Position numbers and translations under genes: made by a program. Below, piece after piece: positions 13,871 to 14,552 of a stretch of 14,552 nt of DNA (position 1 is its first letter; each line of letters begins with the position of its first letter). The stretch comes from a bacterium (GTDB taxonomy: Bacteria; RBG-13-61-14; DATKZS01): assembly GCA_046484135.1 (NCBI GenBank), contig JAWOBU010000203.1, forward strand, positions 1 through 14,552. Reading direction: 5' to 3'. The notes under the pieces are model-generated. The model made no database searches. It was not told where the DNA came from and saw nothing but the letters and a program-made list of their open reading frames with translations.

Positions 13871-14552
13871 ATGGAAGAGACAAACAACATTGAAGCTCCG
13901 GCGGTGGTCTGTATCGGCGAGCTGTTGGTGGACTTCATGGCACAAGAGAGCGCGCCTGACGCCGGCAGGGCAGATCGGTTTATAAAGTCTCCGGGAGGCG
14001 CAGTGGCCAACGTGGCGTTCGCATTGGCCCGGCTCGGCAACAATGCCCGGTTCGTGGGAAAGACTGGCTCCGACCCTTTCGGCGCCTACTTGAAAGAGGT
14101 GCTGGAAAAAGAGGGCGTGGACCTGAGGTGGCTCCTGGTATCGGATGATTATCCTACCGGCCTGGTGTTCGTGGTATTGGATGAACGCAAGGTTCCCAAG
14201 TACTGCTTTTTCGGCGATCCCAGCGCGGACATGATGCTCGAGTCCGGCGAGATCGGCGCCGAGGTTCTGGACGAAGCCGCGTTTCTTCACGCCGGCACGG
14301 TATCCATGGTCCGCGACCCCGCGTGCTCCGCCACTTTCGAGCTCATGGAGCGGGCACGGAAAGCCGGCGTCAAGGTAAGCTTTGATCCCAACCTCCGGCT
14401 CCATCTATGGAAAGACCATGAGCGCCTGCGCAGGATAACCACGGACGCACTCCGGCTTGCCGTCCTGGCCAAGCTGAGCCAAGACGATCTCGAGTTTGTT
14501 ACCGGCGAACGCGAGCCGGAAAAAGGCGCGGCAAGGATCGTCGGCCTCGGGC
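13871..14552 (+). CDS. PfkB-family carbohydrate kinase (fructokinase-like), partial, runs off the window
   Basis: Missing from the ORF track because it has no stop in the window. Translation: MEETNNIEAPAVVCIGELLVDF...PGGAVANVAFALARLG...FVGKTGSDPFG...PTGLVFV...SADMML...VSFDPNLRLHLW...KLSQDDL. Confidence 0.93.
   Translation, partial: MEETNNIEAPAVVCIGELLVDFMAQESAPDAGRADRFIKSPGGAVANVAFALARLGNNARFVGKTGSDPFGAYLKEVLEKEGVDLRWLLVSDDYPTGLVFVVLDERKVPKYCFFGDPSADMMLESGEIGAEVLDEAAFLHAGTVSMVRDPACSATFELMERARKAGVKVSFDPNLRLHLWKDHERLRRITTDALRLAVLAKLSQDDLEFVTGEREPEKGAARIVGLG

Noticed and set aside
13835..14404. 189-aa minus-strand ORF
   Set aside because: Antisense shadow of the PfkB kinase, which has clear family motifs on the plus strand.

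Overview
A GC-rich bacterial chromosomal window with AT-richer intergenic gaps. The gene content (PilT paralogue, membrane-bound CCG-type FeS oxidoreductase, stand-alone heptose adenylyltransferase) suggests an anaerobic diderm such as a deltaproteobacterial-type lineage; this is inference only. Positions 1-466 look like the right end of an integrated element: a partial HTH gene, three 10-bp arm-type direct repeats, and a 45-bp 3' fragment of tRNA-Arg(UCU) that looks like an att site. Most of the remaining genes are ordinary: lipocalin, pilT, cNMP-domain protein, TPR protein, secreted YihQ-like GH31, mobA, HdrF/EMO-like oxidoreductase, rfaE2, an unknown secreted protein, an MBL hydrolase, a SAM methyltransferase, and a partial PfkB kinase missing from the ORF track. 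The most unusual structure is non-coding: two adjacent multibranch inverted-repeat elements at 6513-7050, and a four-layer nested REP/mini-insertion at 12147-12294 whose empty sites can be rebuilt by hand. No database search or folding program was run.
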